Source of the DNA: Macrostomum lignano
Taxonomy: Eukaryota
Direction of reading: 5' to 3'
DNA length: 64,000 bases
Assembly: GCA_002269645.1 (NCBI GenBank)
Contig: NIVC01000349.1
Location: forward strand, 596,849 to 660,848
Shown here: one piece after another, positions 12,864 through 24,723 of the stretch
Layout of the letters: the number at the start of each line of letters is the position of its first letter
Position numbering within the stretch: position 1 is the first letter of the stretch
The notes under the pieces: model-generated
Databases searched by the model: none
What the model was told of the DNA's origin: nothing
What the model saw: the letters and a program-made list of their open reading frames with translations, nothing else
Made by a program: the position numbers and the translations under genes

Positions 12864-13430
12864 GTTCACGAGGGAGCTGCCAGTCACTGAAAGTTCACGA
12901 GGGAGCTGCCAGTCACTGAATGTTCACGAGGGAGCTGCCAGTCACTGAATGTTCACGAGGGAGCTGCCAGTCACTGAATGTTCACGAGGGAGCTGCCAGT
13001 CACTGAATGTTCACGAGGGAGCTGCCAGTCACTGAATGTTCACGAGGGAGCTGCCAGTCACTGAATGTTCACGAGGGAGCTGTCAGGCTGTCAGTCACTG
13101 AATGCTCATGAGGGAGCTGTCAGGCTGTCAGTCACTGAATGCTCATGAGGGAGCTGTCAGGCTGTCAGTCACTGAATGCTCATGAGGGAGCTGTCAGGCT
13201 GTCGGTCACTGAATGCTCATGAGGGAGCTGTCAGGCTGTTAGTCACTAAATGCTCATGAGGGAGCTGTCAGGCTGTCAGTCACTGAATGTTCATGAGGGA
13301 GCTGTCAGGCTGTCAGTCACTGAATGCTCATGAGGGAGCTGTCAGGCTGTCAGTCACTGAATGCTCATGAGGGAGCTGTCAGGCTGTCAGTCACTGAATG
13401 TTCATGAGGGAGCTGTCAGGCTTTCAGTCA
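12864..13430. repeat. Compound minisatellite: 29-bp units followed by 37-bp units
   Basis: GTTCACGAGGGAGCTGCCAGTCACTGAAT (29 bp) switches at ~13080 to GCTCATGAGGGAGCTGTCAGGCTGTCAGTCACTGAAT (37 bp). Confidence 0.95.
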
Positions 13431-13697
13431 CTTCTGGTTAAAAATTGCAGATTTGAAGATTGGTTGATTTGAGTCTGGTAGCAGTACGTTGCATACAACG
13501 TACGTTATAAGAAAATATACCTACAATAATCCAAGACACACAAAGACATGTACAGAAGAACTGAAGAAAAGAAATTAGAAAAGAACAATACATGTACTTG
13601 AAAAAAATTACAAAAAATTTGCATGTACACTAGTGTAACTTTAGATCCAAAAGCCGTGAGACAAAAAAACCAAGGCAACGAAGTCCTCATCATCAGG

Positions 13698-16600
13698 TCA
13701 TTGCAGTTTCATTCTATTGAGCTTGGCGTGAGTCCAGCTGTCTAACTGCTCTACTGCTGTTTCCATGGCAACCAGACCCCCCAAGTCGGCCCCGTCTCGC
13801 AGCAACCTCGCCCTCGCCCACAGCCTCCGCTCCTCATCTTTCCTGCTGCGGTGAGCGCCGCTGTCGCTGCCGCTGCCGTTCGAAACTCGCCACCGCTTCT
13901 GCCTGACCCAGCCGATCTTCTCCTCGTCCTGCGTCTCCATGGCGACGCGTCTCTCTTTCTCGATCATCTCCATCTGCTGCAGGCTGAGCTCCACGTGCTC
14001 GCGGCAGTCGCTGTAGTGAGCCAGAGTGAGCAGCTCCTCCAAGTCCGGGTCTCCAAGCAGCTGCTCAATCCAATGATCGAATGCGATTGCAGGTGCGCGA
14101 TTGCGGAGCAGCTCAGCTTGGAGACTCCAGCTCAGGCAGCGGAAGTTCACGTACAGGTGAGAGGAGAGAGGCTGCGACAGTCTGGCTGTGAACAGAGTCT
14201 GCGTGAACTCGGGAAGGAATGGGAAGCGAGGCGGAGAGTCGCAGGGGAGGCAGAACCTCCACGCCCAGTCTGAGTCTTCTGGCAGTTTTATCTCTTTTTC
14301 TCCACTGCTTATACTCTCATCTCGAATATCCTGTGGCTTCAACCCTGACCCAACTTGATGTCTCTGCAGCTCCATGGCGAATCTCTCAGCCTCCTCAGAT
14401 TCTTCGAACTTCAAATGCGCCATGGCGGTCATGCACAGGGCGGCGCACTTGCACCACTGCAGCTCATGCAGGAGACTGAGCTGCCTCATCAGGGTGTCTC
14501 TGTCGCTCGATTCCGACTGCAGCTCGCTCACACACTGGTGCACCACACTGTACACGTCTGCAAACTTGCAAGTTTCCAGATAGTTACTTCTTTCCCTGAT
14601 CTCCGTGACAGCAGGCGGCGCTGTCAGAGGCAGCAGAGTGAACGGGTGAAAGTAGAACTTCTCTGACTGCAGAGGTCTCACGAGTCTCCTCAGCTGCTCG
14701 ACCACTCCGCCGATGTCGCTTCTCAGCTCACAAAGTCGGTCTCGAACCCTCGCCTTCGTGTTGTCAAAGTCGCCGCCGATTCCAGCGTTCTTGAAGTAGA
14801 GCGGAGCGTCGGGCATGAAGAAGTGCGGCATGCACTCATCGGGCGAAGTGTTTGAGTTGATGAAGCTCAGCATCATGTCGAGAGACTCCTTGAGCAGAGC
14901 GATCAGATATTGGGGTTGCCAAGCCTCATTCCGCCAACTATATGTGCCATGCTTTTCCAGCATGAAGAAAAGCATAGTCTTTGCATGATAGGTTTTGAGT
15001 CCAGGTGTGTCCAGAGTGAGCGGCAAGTGTCTCTTGAAGATGAACTTGATGAGTGTGAACAGCTGGCCCTGTACTGTGCTCATCTGTCTCATGATTTCTT
15101 TCTCTTGGAAGCTGAAGCTCACTCTGAGCTCGTTGGTCGAGCTCGGTCTGGTCGCTCTGACAAGGTGAACGTTCGTATCCTGATAGCTGAGAAGCCTCTC
15201 AACTCTGCTTTGACAGAAACTGCTGCAGCACTGGATCGCCTGGCAGATGTCTTGAGCAGGCCTCACACCGCATGCAGCCGCTGTCACGGTTGGTTGATTT
15301 CCTGAATTTTTTGTTTCAAATGCTTCACTTGATAATCTACTGCAATGAAATTAGCTGTAAAATTTTACATTTCTCTTCATTCTTGTCATCACAATGAACT
15401 ACCAAAACATTGTCCGGAATTTATTAAACCCAGCCTCACTCACCTGCTCCCACAGACACCTGTGCGTGGCCCTCCTTGACTTGCAGCCGAGTGGCATATC
15501 TGCAGGAGTCCTTCCATCTTTCGCAGCCACCTTCTAGGTGGAACTCTTGCCCAGCAACCAGCACAGTCCAGTCAATGTCCGAGTCTGCAGCTGTCCTGCC
15601 GTTCACTTGCACCAGACTGTTGGCCCAGCCCTCTGCGTAGCTGCCCGTTATCTGCCTGCCATCCTGTGTGAGGACTCGAGCGACTCCTTCAAGCCAGTCA
15701 GCCAGTCTCTGCTGACACTCCGCTCTCTCCCTGGTGAATCCCGCCTCGCTAAGCAGTCGATGAAGCTCTTCGCTCAGGCGCCTGTCTTGCTGGGAGTCGT
15801 CTGAGAGCTTGGAATGCTCTTCGCTGAGTTGCCTCTCATTCCGAGTGTCGTCTTTGACCCTGACAAATACATATAAAGAAGATTACGCAATTCTCAATTG
15901 GCAGTCAACTACGAGTATTAACTCTAACGTATAAAGTTTCTAAGGTTTCCATAAAGTTTCTGCTACAATTGGCAAATGAGTAAGACTGATAAGATGCTAA
16001 GTGTAGTGAGTCGCTATTTAGTTAGGCGCCGCACTAGTCAGCTGGTTTCCTCGCCCTCGCCCCAGGCTTCTGTCTGCCGCTGGGCAGTTGTCTGTCCCTT
16101 CTCGCCTGTCCTCTGGCCTGTCCCTTGCCCGTTTGCCTGTCTGTCTGTTTGTCCTCGTTTGCCCCCTTTTGTTTCGTGTTCTCGTTTTGCAGTGCCCAGA
16201 CAGCTTGGTCTGGCCTGCCTCTGTTTCGTCTCTGTTAGGCACCTCCAAATCTGGAGTGCCGTTCTGTTTTCCGATCCCAAGGTCACGAGTGCCTTCACTT
16301 GTGGGCCCTTTTCCCCTTGTCGTGTGAGCCAGTCACATGACAAGCCTCTTCTGTCTTATTAGTCCAAAGTACAATGATTTCCTCATTGTGCACTGGGCTC
16401 GTGTTTATGGGGACATCACGTGCGTCAGGACCCCCTGTCTCCTCTTCTGAGGCGGAACCCGCTCGCTTGTTGCTAAAAATAGCAACAGCGTCATCTATGA
16501 CGCGCATCGATTGCACCATTTTGTGATATGGTGCAATCGATGCTCCCTATAAATGCAGTCCCTCTCATGGCTTGGCTCAGACAAGCGCGTCCCCTTTTCT

Positions 16601-19600
16601 GCCTCACCGTTTCACCTGTCTCTCAGTTTCAAGCCAAGCTCGTGTGCCAAGTTTGAGCCTAAGTTTGAACTCCAAGACTCCCGACTTTGCGAGTGCCTGC
16701 TTCTAATTGTTCCTGCTATCTATTAGCGGGCCGGCTCAGATCGCCCGAAGCTAGCACCATCGCTCTAGCCCCGAACTAGCCCGGCAGGGACTGCTGATTG
16801 TGGACGCATCTGCTCGAGAACTGCTAGTTATTGCTAGTTATTTGCTTCTACGAGCTCAGCACCTCACCGAAGGCTGCGACTCTACGAAGCTGGTGGCAGC
16901 ACTACCTACGCTACGAGAACTAGTTTCTAAGAAACCGCCAGCTAGACGCCTCCGCCAGGAGCTAGAAGATCTGCCAGCCCTTCCGAGACAGCCCGAGGAA
17001 GCCAGCAGACACGACATTGGTGGCAGCGGTCTAGTCAACAACCACAGGCAAGAGCACTTACTTCATTGGTGGCAGCGGTGGGATTCTAAGACCTACCATG
17101 CAGGCCATCTCCAGACCAACTAAAGTGCAAATACTTCAGAAGCAACTGCCTATTTTCATTTTAGGACTTTTAGCTCCGATAATAACATTATAATCCTCAC
17201 ACTGAATTCTGTTCAAGAAGTCGGAGCACCTGCCGCTGCTCGAATCGCTGTGCCACCTGCGCACACGTCAGACCCCGACCGTCTCGATGACTCGCATCCG
17301 CTCCTCTGTCCATCAGAGCCTTGGCTGCTCGCACGTGACCGGCTTCGCACGCTCGTGACAGAGCAGTCCGACCCTGACTGTCTTTAGCACGCACTGACGC
17401 ACCGAGATCGATGAGTTTCTCAATGAGCTCGTGATGACCTTCATCAGCTGCCAGCATGAGAGCAGTGGCTCCAGTGCTGTCTGGCAGATCGACATGCTGT
17501 GTGCTGACTCGCTCATCATTGATCAGTGTGACAGCAAGAGCCACGTGTCTTTGAGAGATGGAGAGACGAAGCAGCTGTGTGATGAGAGCTGGCTGCATTC
17601 GAGAGAGGGTGTCGGTGAGAACAGAGTTCCTGCCTTCGATGGCCATTGCTGCAGTGAAGCTGAGGATGGTGCTGGATTGGAAGAGCCAGTCGGGCTCGAG
17701 GCCGAGGGATGCAACGACATCTTCATGAAGACGAGAGCAAGCCGCGACTGCATATTGGAAACGGAGATTCGCTTTGGGATCCCGACTTGAGATACACGAG
17801 ATGAAGAACTTCGCGACTTCTAGCTGACCCTCTTCAGCAGCATATTTCGCTGCCCCAATGCAGCACTGATCTCTGTTTGTTTGGTCAGCGACTGACTGAA
17901 CCAGAAACTTCACAATTTCCCACTGACCATTGCTTGCAGCAGATTTCACTGCCTCAATGCAGCACTGATCTCTGTTTGTTTGGTCAGCGACTGTCTGCAC
18001 CAGAACCTTCACAATTTCCCACTGACCATTGCTTGCAGCAGATTTCACTGCCTCAATGCAGCACTGATCTCTGTTTGTTTGGTCAGCGACTGTCTGCACC
18101 AGAACCTTCACAATTTCCCACTGACCCTCGCTTGCAGCAGATCCTGCTGCTTCAATGCAGCACTGATCTCTGTTTGTTTGATTAGCGACTGACTGAACCA
18201 GAAACTTTACCACTTCCCACCGACCCTTTCTTGCAGCAGATTTCGCTGCATCAGTGCAGCACTGATCTCTTTTTGTTTCGTCAGCGACTGTCTGCATCAG
18301 AAATTTCATAACACCGAAGTGACCTTTGCTTGAAGCAGATTTTGCTGCCTCAATGCAGCAATGGTCTCTGCTTGTTTGGTCAACGACTGTCTGCACCAGA
18401 AACTTCAGTACTTCCCACTGACCCTCACTTGCAGCAGATACTGCTGCCTCAATGCAGCACTGATCTCTGTTTGTTTGGTCAGCGACTGTCTGAACCAGAA
18501 ACTTTACCACCTCCAACTGACCATTGACTGCAGCAGATTTCGCTGCCTCCTTGCAACCGTGATCTCTCAATTTTTGGTCAGCGACTGTATGCACCAGGAC
18601 CTTCACCTCCTTCAAAACACCGTTGATTGCTGCAGATTTTGCCGCTTCAATGCAGCACTGGTCTCTCAGGCTTTGGTCAGAAATGGTCTGGACCAGAAAC
18701 TTCACCACTTTCCACTGACTGTCTCGTGCAGCAGGCCTCACTGCCTCCATGCAGCACCGATCTCTCACATTTCTGTCTGTCACAGTCTGCACAAGAAATT
18801 TCACCACTTCCCACTGATGCTCATCTGCAGCAATCAGCGCTGCCTGTAAGCAGCAGCTATCTTTGAAATTTAAGTCGCATATCAAATTAACAGCATAGTC
18901 AAGAATCTTTAAATTTCCAAATCTTGCTGCCGACTTAGCAGCCTTTGTGCAGCATTTGACCCTCATGGTTTGATCGCATGCCACCTTCAGCAGGAACTCC
19001 ACAGCCTCCCACTGGCGTTCTGTTGCAGCGGCATTCACAGCTTGTACGTAGCAAGTCTCTTTTAGCTCCGGGTGAGTAATTTCCCGAGACAATAGTTTCA
19101 ACAATTCCAGATGCCCGAACTTGGCAGCGGACTTTGCCCCTTCAGAACAGCACTGATCGCGCAGACGTTCATCAGAAATCTGCTCGAGCAGCAAAATTAT
19201 TATCTTAGAATCGCCACATTCTGCAACTCCGTTTACGAAAACCGCGCAGCAATGAAATTTCAACGTAGAATCAACCACGATCTGGTTAAAAAGCTTTAGA
19301 ACTTCATAATTTCCTACTGTTGAAGCGGCAGAGACTGCTTTCTTACAGGAAATCTTCTTTAGATCGTCTTTCATTATACAGTGCAAAAACAGATTCAGGG
19401 TGCTCCACTCGCATTTTACTGCGACATCTTCTATGATTTCAAAGAAGCACTGATCTCTTGCAAAGCCGTCTGTAACGCTGGTTACTAAAAGTTTCACGAC
19501 TTCCCATTCGGTTTTCTTAGCAGCAAATTTTGCCACCTCCAGGCAGCACCGATCCCTGTCCGGGATGTCAGAGATCTGTTGAATCAGAAACTTCATCATC

Positions 19601-20205
19601 TCTATCAGGTTCATACTCGGCGTGTCTCTGAACTCAACCATGCAGAAGTCTGCAAACATGCTCTCCTCGGTCTGCAGGTTCACGACTGTCAGCGAAGTCT
19701 CATCCGATCGCCAGTGCTGCAGAGTGGACGTCATCAAGAGTTGAACAATTTCCCACTGGTGATATGTGGCCGCAGATTTCGCTGTCTCAATGCAGAATTC
19801 GTCAATAAAGTCTCTATGTACTTTTAGATAGAGATAGCGCACGACTGACACCCGACCAAATTGTGCAGCACATTTAGCAGCCTCTAAGCATCGTCCTGCG
19901 TCCGTTAGTTGGGATCCGTCTGATTGTATAATAGAGTCGAGCAGTTTCAAACGACCAATCTTAGCGACAGTCAGCACTGATTCTTTATCAAACACTTGGC
20001 AAGCAAAAAATTCAATATTCTTCATTCGAGTGAACGCTAAAGCTGACGTCAATCGATTTTTGACAGAGCTTTTGTTAAACACCACATAAATAACAAACTG
20101 AGTGGCGGGATGCCTTCTTCCAGAAGACTTTTGTATTTGACCAGAATTCCAATTTTTAGTCCAGCGTCTGCGACCTAAGACGTAGGCCCTGGTTAGATCT
20201 GGCAT
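13698..20205 (-). CDS. Ankyrin-repeat + Mab-21/cGAS-like nucleotidyltransferase (cGLR) fusion, copy 1, 3 exons, ~1674 aa
   Basis: Exon 1 20205-17201 is the ankyrin-like array, with donor GT|gtgagg in phase 2. Exon 2 15859-15444 is absent from the ORF track and reads ...ITGSYAEGWANSLVQVNGRTAADSDIDWTVLV..., acceptor ttgtcag, donor G|gtgagt in phase 1. Exon 3 15301-13698 contains QDICQAIQC, RVSFSFQEKEIM, GLKTYHAKT and MPHFF. The total of 5025 nt is in frame. The exon 1-2 junction is inferred from phase and from copy 2. Confidence 0.8.
16318..17016 (+). mobile_element. LTR (~700 bp) of an LTR retrotransposon in intron 1 of ANK-cGLR copy 1, antisense to the host gene
   Basis: TGTCGTGT...ACACGACA 8-bp inverted ends and TATAAAT at ~16548. 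It is immediately followed by the PBS-like sequence TGGTGGCAGCGGT (17018-17030). Confidence 0.65.
17067..17086 (+). promoter_or_regulatory. Primer-binding site complementary to the tRNA-Leu 3' end
   Basis: TGGTGGCAGCGGTGGGATTC is the reverse complement of the eukaryotic tRNA-Leu 3' end (GAATCCCACCGCTGCCACCA). It is preceded by ...TTCA-T. Confidence 0.8.
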
Positions 20206-20865
20206 GTCCTTCTTCGAATAGCTGTCCAGTTTGAGCGAACAGCATCGAACTAAAATTTGAGCAATTTCAAGCGTTTATTATTGGTCTATAGTGAAACTAT
20301 CTTTTCTAGCTCATTCAAAATACACATTACTGGGGATGCAGATGTATAGTTATGATCAACTGAAATTCCAAGGTAATTTTCGATCAGCCCATTCAGAACT
20401 TACCGTTGCTTCACAAGTTTTAGGCAAGTGCAAATGTGTATTGCATGAGTTCTTCTAAAAACTGTTCTGCATTTAGAGTTGCCAGAGCTTATTCCAGCTA
20501 AACAGCTCGTAGTTCCTTATTTTTACGCGGTAATAGCAAAGATACGTGTACTTTGCAAATGTACATTGAGTGTACATTGGGGGAGAGGGTTGATATAGGT
20601 AGGTTCAAAAGAGGAGATTCCCTTTTGTTAAGCAAAGCAAAAAAGTTTCATAATTTCTTGCCTTATAAACTTCCGCTCAATTTAAAATGAAACTTGATAG
20701 TGCCAGTTGTGAACAATTTTTCAATCTTTAAAAAGAGACTATGAATTCGTAAAAATTCAGTTTTGGCTATGTGTTTTAATATTGTCATAATTTTGTGCAG
20801 GCAGTACGCTTTTTCCGCCGAAGCTTATTTCTTGGAAACGAACTGTCGTGTCACGTGACTCAACG

Positions 20866-21352
20866 AGTGTACACAGGGGGGATTTCACAAACTCGAAATT
20901 TCACAACGTCGAAAGCACCTTCTTTCACAAGATCGAAATTTCACAAGGTCGAAATCTCATAACACCGAAAACTCAAATAGCAGCCACTTTCACAGGGTCG
21001 AAACTTCATAAGGTCGAAATTTCACAACGTAGAAAACTTTAGCATAGTTCTCGTTATACGCGCGAAAGTTTTCGACTTTGTGAAATTTCGAGCTTATGAA
21101 GTTTCGACCTTGTGAAAGTGGCAGCTATTTAATTTTTCGATGTTTTGAAATTTCGATCTTGTGAAATTTCGACCTTATAAAGTCTCTTACTGAGTTTTCA
21201 ATGTAAAATTTAGACCTTGTGAAGTTTCGACTTTGTGAAAGTGGTTGATATTTAAGTTTTCGACTTTGTGAAATTTCGACCTTATGAAGTCTCTTGCTAA
21301 AGTTTTCGGTGTTATGAAGTTTCGACCTTGTGAAAGCACCCCTGTAAACACT
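20866..21352. mobile_element. Small foldback/MITE-like element with inward-facing AAATTTCACAA/TCGAAA motifs
   Basis: Left AGTGTACACAGGGGGGATTTCACAA versus right TTGTGAAAGCACCCCTGTAAACACT. The left half has AAATTTCACAA motifs and the right half their reverse complements. No clear TSD was found. Confidence 0.6.
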
Positions 21353-21919
21353 GGGTATTCGACTGTTTTAATTGACTCGTTAAACGTTTTTTGTGCCACA
21401 AAAGTTTCAAAATTGGTAGAATAGGCTTCTGCTACTAATAAAGTTAGTTACTTTTCCATGAATGTCTATGGAAATAATAAAGAAAAGAAATTCGTATTTC
21501 AACTTTACCTGTTGTGTTCTAAGGCAGCAAGAATTATATGTATCTGGGTAAAACAGCTTTTAGCTCGAATGCATGTATTTTTTATTTTTCTAATTTATCC
21601 AAGCTGTGAATATAAACAGACTTTATGAATCTCTCTCTCTCTCTCTCACTCTCTACAGCTCTATCTTATCTAATATTGTCTTATATTTTCAGTACTGTGC
21701 AGAAAGACACGTGTACATGTAACAGGGTACTAATTTCCTGCATCGCCGTACTCCACCCCAAAGCCTTGCAGGGATCCGCAATAGCTCTAGCGCATTCAAG
21801 GTGTGTCAATGACTCGGCCATGTGATGACCCCGAAAAAATCAAGACTGAAGATTAAAGGAAAACTTGAAAATGCTAAATTCAGTTTACTTGTGGAGCGAA
21901 AATTTGGAGAGAAAATTGG

Positions 21920-23576
21920 TGGCGCACCAGACCCCAGCTGGTGCATCAATGCTCGGTGGATCAAGTACAAGCTAAATGATGACGCTAACGCACTGTCCAG
22001 AGCGCCGGTGGAGGAGCCTAAAGCGAGCGATCAGATCCTGGAATTCGACAACAGGGAGCAGGCTATCAGCTCAGTGCACGCTCTGTTGCAGTCGGAGAAA
22101 GAAATCTCCGAAGCAGCAAACCGTGATTCAGAATATCGGCTTCTCAAGAAGATAATCCTAGATGGTTTTCCAAACTGCAAGGCGAACCTCCAAGAGAATA
22201 TCCGTGCGTACTGGCACCTACGGCAACAACTCTGCGTCGAAGACGACCTCATCCTGGCTGGAAGACGGCTACTGATCCCTAGGAAGCTAAGGAGAAGCGT
22301 CCTCGAAAATCTCCTGAAGATGCAGCAGGGGATTCCACAAAATGAAGGAGCAAGCAAGGCAAAGCATTTTCTGGCCTGGCCTGATCAACGACATCGAGCA
22401 GATCGCTAAGACGTGCAAACCATGCCAAGAAAATCTTCCTAGCCTGGCGAAGGAACCCATGGTCGTTCCAGAGCCACCGGAACGAGTCTTCCAAGAGATC
22501 TACGCGGATCTATTTGAATATGCAGGGAAGAATTTCCTTGTCATCGTGGATGGCCTATCCGGTTGGGCAGCTCTCAATTACCTTGGCGATGACACACCCG
22601 CAACCAAAGTCGTCAGTGCTATCCGACAGAGATTCGTCGAGAAATCGGTCCCCGACATTTTCTGGTCAGACGCCGGTCCACAATTCAACGCAAAAAATTT
22701 CAAGGATTTCCTACTAGCACGCTGGAACGTCGAACACCGAGTATCGTCTCCACATTATCCACAGAGCAACGAACGCGCCGAAGCTGGGGTGAAAGAAATG
22801 AAGAAGATCGTCAGAGGGTCTTGGAACCATCAGACTGGCACGCTGGACTGGGAGAAACTGTCAAAAGGCCTCTTAGTCTATCTCAACACTCCAAGATACG
22901 ACGGCAAGTCCCCAGCTGAAACAGTGTTCGGCCACCCAATTCGTGACACGATTCCGGCACACAGAAGAGCGTTCGCACCTGAATGGCAAAAATCTGCAGC
23001 TGAGATCGAGGAGAAGCAGGCTAGAGTCAAGGCGACTACGGAGAAATACTACAACCAAGACGCTCAGCCCCTGCCGGACATCAAAGTGCATCACAGAGTG
23101 GTGGTTCAGGACTGTCACACCGGATGATGGGACAAGTACGGCGTGATCGTGGAAGCCGGACGGAACCGAGATTTCATGATTCGACTGGCGAGTGGGAGAT
23201 GTCTACGGCGGAACCGCAAGTTCATCAGGAAGCGGATCCCAGTCAGCCCAATCGAGGCCAAGAAGACCGCCGCGGACGGTGCTACCGAGCAAGGCATGCC
23301 TGGAGCATCCGGAGGGTCGGCCGAGCCAAGGAGGACCCGATTCGGCCGAGAGACTAAGAAACCTCAGATGCTACAGGTTGACCTATAGGAGGAAAAACTA
23401 TGATAGTTGAACTTTGAAAGGGGAGATGGTGTATCCCCAGCCTTAGTTGTGTGGCTTTGGTCATAGACAATTATACGCGTGACTGTAACCGTATGCAAAT
23501 ATACGTCGTACTGAAGACGGCCACCGCGACTGAGCGGATTATTAAGCTAAGCCGATTATCTATTAGAGATACAACA
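21920..23576 (+). mobile_element. Decayed Gypsy/Ty3 LTR retrotransposon 3' portion (RNase H end, integrase, PPT, 3' LTR)
   Basis: NALSRAPV (RH end), QARQSIFWPGL...CKPC (HHCC region with degraded His residues), DLF...FLVIVD, DAGPQF and YPQSNERAE. There is a frameshift at ~22340 and an in-frame stop at 23125-23127. The PPT AAAGGGGAGA is followed by a 150-bp LTR TGGTGTATC...GATACAACA (23427-23576). Confidence 0.9.
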
Positions 23577-23767
23577 CCAGCCTGGTTGGTAAATAGTTTG
23601 GCTTACGTCTGACTTTGACCTTTTTCCTTACTGCTCTCTGATTGGCTGAGCTAGATTAGGCCTGCCCCCTAGACTCCTGACTTTAACGACCCCTCCTTAC
23701 TGCTTTCTCATTGGCTGAGCCAGATTGGGCCTGCCCCCTCGGCTGAGTTTAATCTGTCTTGCGTTCA

Positions 23768-24506
23768 TTTGCGTACATCGAGCGATCGACAGGCTGGTCG
23801 AGCTGGCATCGAGCGTCGGTCTGATCGTCAACACGCTAAAGACCGAGGTGCTGACTGTGCCGGCCGACATCCCAGCGGACCTGACGTGCCGCGGCGCAGA
23901 CGGGCAGATGACCAAGCTCGCATGCTGCCAGCGGTTCACCTACCTCGGCGGTCTGGTGCCCTACGTGGAGGAAGACCTCCGGCGGCGCAGAGGACTTGCC
24001 CCGGGCAGCCTTCCGTTTGATCCGGGCCGTCCTCCAGTCCGAAGTGCTACCCGACCGCCAGAGGGCTCGGCTGTGGCAGGCGGTGGTCAAAACCGACCTG
24101 CTCTACAACGCCGAGACGTGGACGCTGACGGCTACGCTAGAGCGGCAGCTGGACTCGGTGCACTCAGGGCTGCTCCGCGCGGTCTTTTAAGCTGACGAGA
24201 TCGAGCGTCGGGACCGAGGCCCTGTACGATCGGGCCAAGCTGCAGCGCCCGTTCATCATCCTGCGCCGGCAGCGACTTCAACTGGCGGGCCACGTGATCA
24301 AGGGCTACTGCCCCCAACCTGTTCAGGACGTCCTGCTGTTCACCTTGCAGGGCCCGTTCAGGCGGGGTCAGGCCCAAACCCGTGATGGATACGTGGACTG
24401 CCTGCTGTGCCACGCTGGGGCACCCGACACTCCAACGGAGCGGACTTCGTCCGCTCTCAGGCTCTGCGGCTCTGTAACCGTGACCTTTGCATGCGGAGCT
24501 GCGTAG
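23768..24506 (+). mobile_element. 5'-truncated RTE-clade non-LTR retrotransposon (RT C-terminus), frameshifted
   Basis: GLIVNTLKTEVL, FTYLG, LLYNAETWTLT and RLQLAGHV motifs lie across shifted frames. Confidence 0.85.
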
Positions 24507-24723
24507 TTAAATGCTCGTTGTTCCCATATGCTCCACTTTTTTATTACACAGTTTATGTTTACGATACAATTTATGTTACACAGCTTAAACAAATACGAGC
24601 TCTTACTACCAAAACAGACTAGCCGTTCTACTTTTTTTACTATTTTAATGGCGAGTGACATACATGTACTTGTTTTAATTTTTCGAAGTTATTCGTACAT
24701 GTATGCATGACAGTGGATATGAA

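Noticed and set aside
16800-17123. 107-aa ORF as a gag or host gene
   Set aside because: It starts at GTG, lies within the LTR/PBS region and has no recognisable gag motifs.
21822-23388. Functional integrase gene
   Set aside because: It has a frameshift, an in-frame stop, degraded HHCC His residues, and no 5' LTR, gag or RT.
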